Assembly (NCBI GenBank): GCA_963678085.1
Contig: OY782680.1
Location: 2,027,406-2,091,405 of the forward strand
Direction of reading: 5' to 3'
DNA: 64,000 bases
From: Aliishimia sp.
GTDB lineage: Bacteria > Pseudomonadota > Alphaproteobacteria > Rhodobacterales > Rhodobacteraceae
In this document: positions 61,260-64,000 of the stretch, piece after piece
Layout: each line of letters begins with the position of its first letter
Numbering within the stretch: position 1 is the stretch's first letter
The notes under the pieces: generated by a model
Databases searched by the model: none
What the model was told of the DNA's origin: nothing
The model's input: only the letters and a program-made list of their open reading frames with translations
Program-made: the position numbers and the translations under genes

Positions 61260-62462
61260 TTATGCCGCGTCTTGATGGGCTGGCTGCTGGGCTGCGGCAG
61301 GCGCGCTGCGATAATGCTCTTGCGCGGCTGCGACGCCAGAGCCCAGTTTGATATCCAGCCCCAAATCGGCCATGCACATCTCTGCGGTTGCGATGCCAGA
61401 CAGGGCCATCACATCGGTTAAGCTGCCAAGATGGCCGATGCGGAAGACTTTGCCCGCAACCTCGCCCAGACCAACCCCGAAAGCGACGCCATATTTTTCT
61501 GCCGCATGTGTAACGATATCGGTGGCATTAAAGCCTTCGGGCGTGCGAATGGCGCTGACCGTATCAGAATAAACCGACGGATCCTGCGCGCACAGCTCCA
61601 GCCCCCATGCCTGTACCGCAGCGCGCACTCCGGTTGCAATACGGGCATGGCGGGCAAAGACATTTTCAAGCCCTTCCTCAAGCAGCATGCGGCAAGCCTC
61701 GTTAAGACCGTTCAGCAGACCCACAGCAGGCGTATAGGGGTAGGCATTGGCCGCATAGCCCTTTGCCATATCATGCACATCAAAGAAAGTCCGCGGCAGG
61801 GCAGCGGTCTTGGTTGCCGCCATCGCCTTGGGGGAAAAGCCCACAATGGCCAGACCCGCAGGCAGCATGAAGCCTTTTTGCGAGCCAGTCACCGCAATAT
61901 CCACGCCCCATTCATCAAAGCGAAAATCTATCGAAGCAATCGAAGACACCCCATCCACGAACAGCATCGCCGGGTGGCCTGCAGCATCTAGCGCGCGGCG
62001 GATAGCGGCAATATCGGATGTCACGCCAGTGGCGGTTTCGTTATGCGTTGCAAGGACGGCCTTGATCTCATGAGCGGTATCCGCGCTTAGGATCTCTTCA
62101 TAGCGATCTGCCGGAATGCCCGCGCCCCAAGGGGTTTCCACGATTTGCACATCCAGACCATGGCGCTGGCACATATCAATCCAGCGATGGCTAAACATCC
62201 CATTGCGCGCCGCCAAAACCTTATCCCCAGATGAGAGCGTGTTGGTCAGCCCCGTCTCCCAGCCCCCTGTGCCCGTTGCCGGAAAAATGAAGATTTGGGC
62301 CGTATCACTCTTGAGAATCTTGCGAACCGCTTCCCGCGCAGGATGCAGGATCTGACCAAAAAGCGGCGAGCGATGGTCAATCGTGGGCATATCACAGGCC
62401 TTGCGTAGGCTTTCGGGGATATTGGTTGGACCTGGAATGAAAACAGGATTTTGAAAGCTCAT
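61260..62462 (-). CDS. bhcA: Aspartate-glyoxylate aminotransferase BhcA (class V aminotransferase)
   Basis: 400 aa from MSFQNPVFIPGPTNIPE.., SD GAGGAG, PLP-Lys context TGSQKGFMLP. The ORF-track start at 62492 was discarded. Confidence 0.8.
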   Translation of the reverse strand: MSFQNPVFIPGPTNIPESLRKACDMPTIDHRSPLFGQILHPAREAVRKILKSDTAQIFIFPATGTGGWETGLTNTLSSGDKVLAARNGMFSHRWIDMCQRHGLDVQIVETPWGAGIPADRYEEILSADTAHEIKAVLATHNETATGVTSDIAAIRRALDAAGHPAMLFVDGVSSIASIDFRFDEWGVDIAVTGSQKGFMLPAGLAIVGFSPKAMAATKTAALPRTFFDVHDMAKGYAANAYPYTPAVGLLNGLNEACRMLLEEGLENVFARHARIATGVRAAVQAWGLELCAQDPSVYSDTVSAIRTPEGFNATDIVTHAAEKYGVAFGVGLGEVAGKVFRIGHLGSLTDVMALSGIATAEMCMADLGLDIKLGSGVAAAQEHYRSAPAAAQQPAHQDAA

Positions 62463-62606
62463 GGAAGGTCTCCTCAATGTCGTTCCCGGCATAATAGAGG
62501 GGTTGGGATCTGATGGGAATTATTTTGAAATATTCTTTCATTTTGGCTTCGCGAAGATTTGTTAACCAATATCAAGCGCTTGAGTTTTTCATATGGTGAA
62601 TTATTC

Positions 62607-62618
62607 TTTCATATGAAA
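62607..62618. promoter_or_regulatory. Perfect 12-bp palindrome TTTCATATGAAA in the bhcR/bhcA divergent spacer (candidate IclR-type operator)
   Basis: TTTCATATGAAA at 62607-62618. Half-site copy TTTCATATG at 62587-62595. 11-nt direct repeat TATTCTTTCAT at 62531-62541 and 62602-62612. Confidence 0.4.
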
Positions 62619-62628
62619 TAAAGCGCGC

Positions 62629-63471
62629 ATGGAATCGGACCAATCAGGCACATCGAGCACGCGCAAAGCGCGCGGCCGCCCCCGCGGATGGGATGACAAA
62701 ACCGCTCAGAACACGATCAAATCCCTTGACCGTGCGATGCAGGTTTTCGAGTATTTGAGCGCGGCCCAAGGCAAGCCATTAACCGCTCTGGCCAATGAAA
62801 CAGGCCAATCGCCAGCAACCGTGTATCGCATTCTTGTAACGCTTGAAGGGCGCGGATTGGTTGAGTTCGACCATCAAGAACAGGTCTGGCATATCGGACC
62901 GCGCGCCTTTGTTATAGGTGCCCGGTTTCTCAGACGCACCAGCCTCGTTGATCGCGCCCGCCCCATCATGCGCAAGCTCATGGAAGCGACCGGAGAAACC
63001 GCAAATCTTGGGGTCGAACAAGACGGTGCGGTGTTGTTTCTAAGTCAGGTGGAAACCCATGCAAATATCCGCGCCTTCTTTCCTCCAGGCACCTTATCGC
63101 CCATGCATGCTTCTGGGATCGGCAAGGCCTTGCTGGCCCATATGGACCAAGATCGCCTCGAACGGCTTCTAAAAGCTACGACTTTACAACGCTTTACCGA
63201 CTATTCGATCACCGACATGCAAGCCCTAAAACAACATCTGCACACCATTCGAGCCAACGGGTTTTCAGTCGATAACGAAGAAAAGAACCCCGGAATGCGA
63301 TGCATCGCCGCGCCGGTGTTTGATATGAACAATGAGGCCATTGCCGGGATCTCCGTGTCTGGCCCAACCAGCCGGATCAGCGCGGCAGAGATTGAAAGCC
63401 TGAGTCGCGCTGTCATCGAAGCCGCGCAGAAACTCACCCAAGCCATCGGCGGCAGCACGGCGCGAAGTTAA
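62629..63471 (+). CDS. bhcR: IclR-family transcriptional regulator BhcR
   Basis: 280 aa. wHTH (..SLDRAMQVFEYLS..LTALANETGQSPATVYRIL.TLE..G) plus an IclR effector domain. Divergent from bhcA. Confidence 0.75.
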   Translation: MESDQSGTSSTRKARGRPRGWDDKTAQNTIKSLDRAMQVFEYLSAAQGKPLTALANETGQSPATVYRILVTLEGRGLVEFDHQEQVWHIGPRAFVIGARFLRRTSLVDRARPIMRKLMEATGETANLGVEQDGAVLFLSQVETHANIRAFFPPGTLSPMHASGIGKALLAHMDQDRLERLLKATTLQRFTDYSITDMQALKQHLHTIRANGFSVDNEEKNPGMRCIAAPVFDMNNEAIAGISVSGPTSRISAAEIESLSRAVIEAAQKLTQAIGGSTARS

Positions 63472-63606
63472 AAAACATATATTTGTCAGACGATTAAGGC
63501 CTAAACTGAATATTTACTTGTTTGGGTGCATCCTGCGCGCAGCCATTTAGGCGATTATGTGCTTGGTTCGGCTTTCTGCCAGACGAAAAGGGGGCGAGTT
63601 CTCGCT

Positions 63607-64000
63607 ATGTTTAAGAATGCAAAAATTGGGGTAAAGCTCCCTGCGATCATCGTTGCGATTTCCGTGTTTACGGCATTGACCTTGGGCATAGCCAGTACCT
63701 TTATTTTCGGCTCGTTTCTGACCGAAGCGGGTTACGAAAGATTGCGCATGGTTGGCGAGGTGAAATCTAGCCGAATACAGCAACTTGTGAATGAGGTAGA
63801 GCGTGATCTGCGCCTGCGAGCCGAAGATAAAGCAATTGCAAATGCCATAATCGCGCTTAGCGATAGCTATGCATCTATGGGGGATGAGGCCGAAACAACG
63901 CTAAAACGCGTCTTTATCACCGAAAATCCCAACCCGGCGGGCCAGAAAGATCTATTGGTTAATGGCAACACGAACGGCAGCTACGGGTTTATCCATGCGA
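63607..64000 (+). CDS. Membrane sensor protein, N-terminal part (methyl-accepting chemotaxis protein-like; 3' end outside window)
   Basis: Hand translation MFKNAKIGVKLPAIIVAISVFTALTLGIASTFIF.. (TM helix) followed by a periplasmic-type sensor region. Open to the window end. The family call is tentative. Confidence 0.45.
   Translation, partial: MFKNAKIGVKLPAIIVAISVFTALTLGIASTFIFGSFLTEAGYERLRMVGEVKSSRIQQLVNEVERDLRLRAEDKAIANAIIALSDSYASMGDEAETTLKRVFITENPNPAGQKDLLVNGNTNGSYGFIHA

Overview
Gene-dense chromosomal segment with about 62 protein genes and one tRNA. I saw no rRNA, CRISPR array, transposase or integrase. Gene content and order suggest an alphaproteobacterium of the Rhodobacterales type. 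This is an inference from rseP-bamA-skp-fabZ-lpxA-lpxI-lpxB, rplU-rpmA-GNAT-obg-proB-proA, chpT, olsBA, gapR and a tRNA-His without G-1. Most of the window is housekeeping: outer-membrane and lipid A biogenesis, guaA, ribosomal proteins, obg/proBA, rpsB-tsf, accBC, clpPX and ilvC. It also holds an HAAT-type ABC transporter and a two-subunit NAD-type formate dehydrogenase. Points worth a second look: (1) A ~380-400 nt non-coding element occurs as two direct copies 45 kb apart (12025-12424 and 57481-57860). It has base-perfect 99-nt and 81-nt blocks interrupted by equal-length scrambled blocks, and nested helices that may covary. I could not assign it to any family I know. (2) A complete beta-hydroxyaspartate cycle cluster, bhcR divergent from bhcABCD (57980-63471), with candidate operators. 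(3) A minus-strand operon (29778-34410) joins a CheY-like receiver, a small 2-TM protein, a solute-symporter-fused histidine kinase and a FliM/FliN-like protein with a (PDL)n tail. It sits next to an ScfR-type regulator with TTTACAAA repeats. (4) A tandem pair of secreted four-cysteine paralogs. (5) A lower-GC islet with a LuxR solo and an acidic orphan protein. (6) Ribosomal protein L21 carries a ~95-aa helix-hairpin-helix-like C-terminal extension. Start codons were chosen by hand from the ORF track (ATG/GTG/TTG all shown as M) and may be off by a few codons. No similarity search or folding was run.
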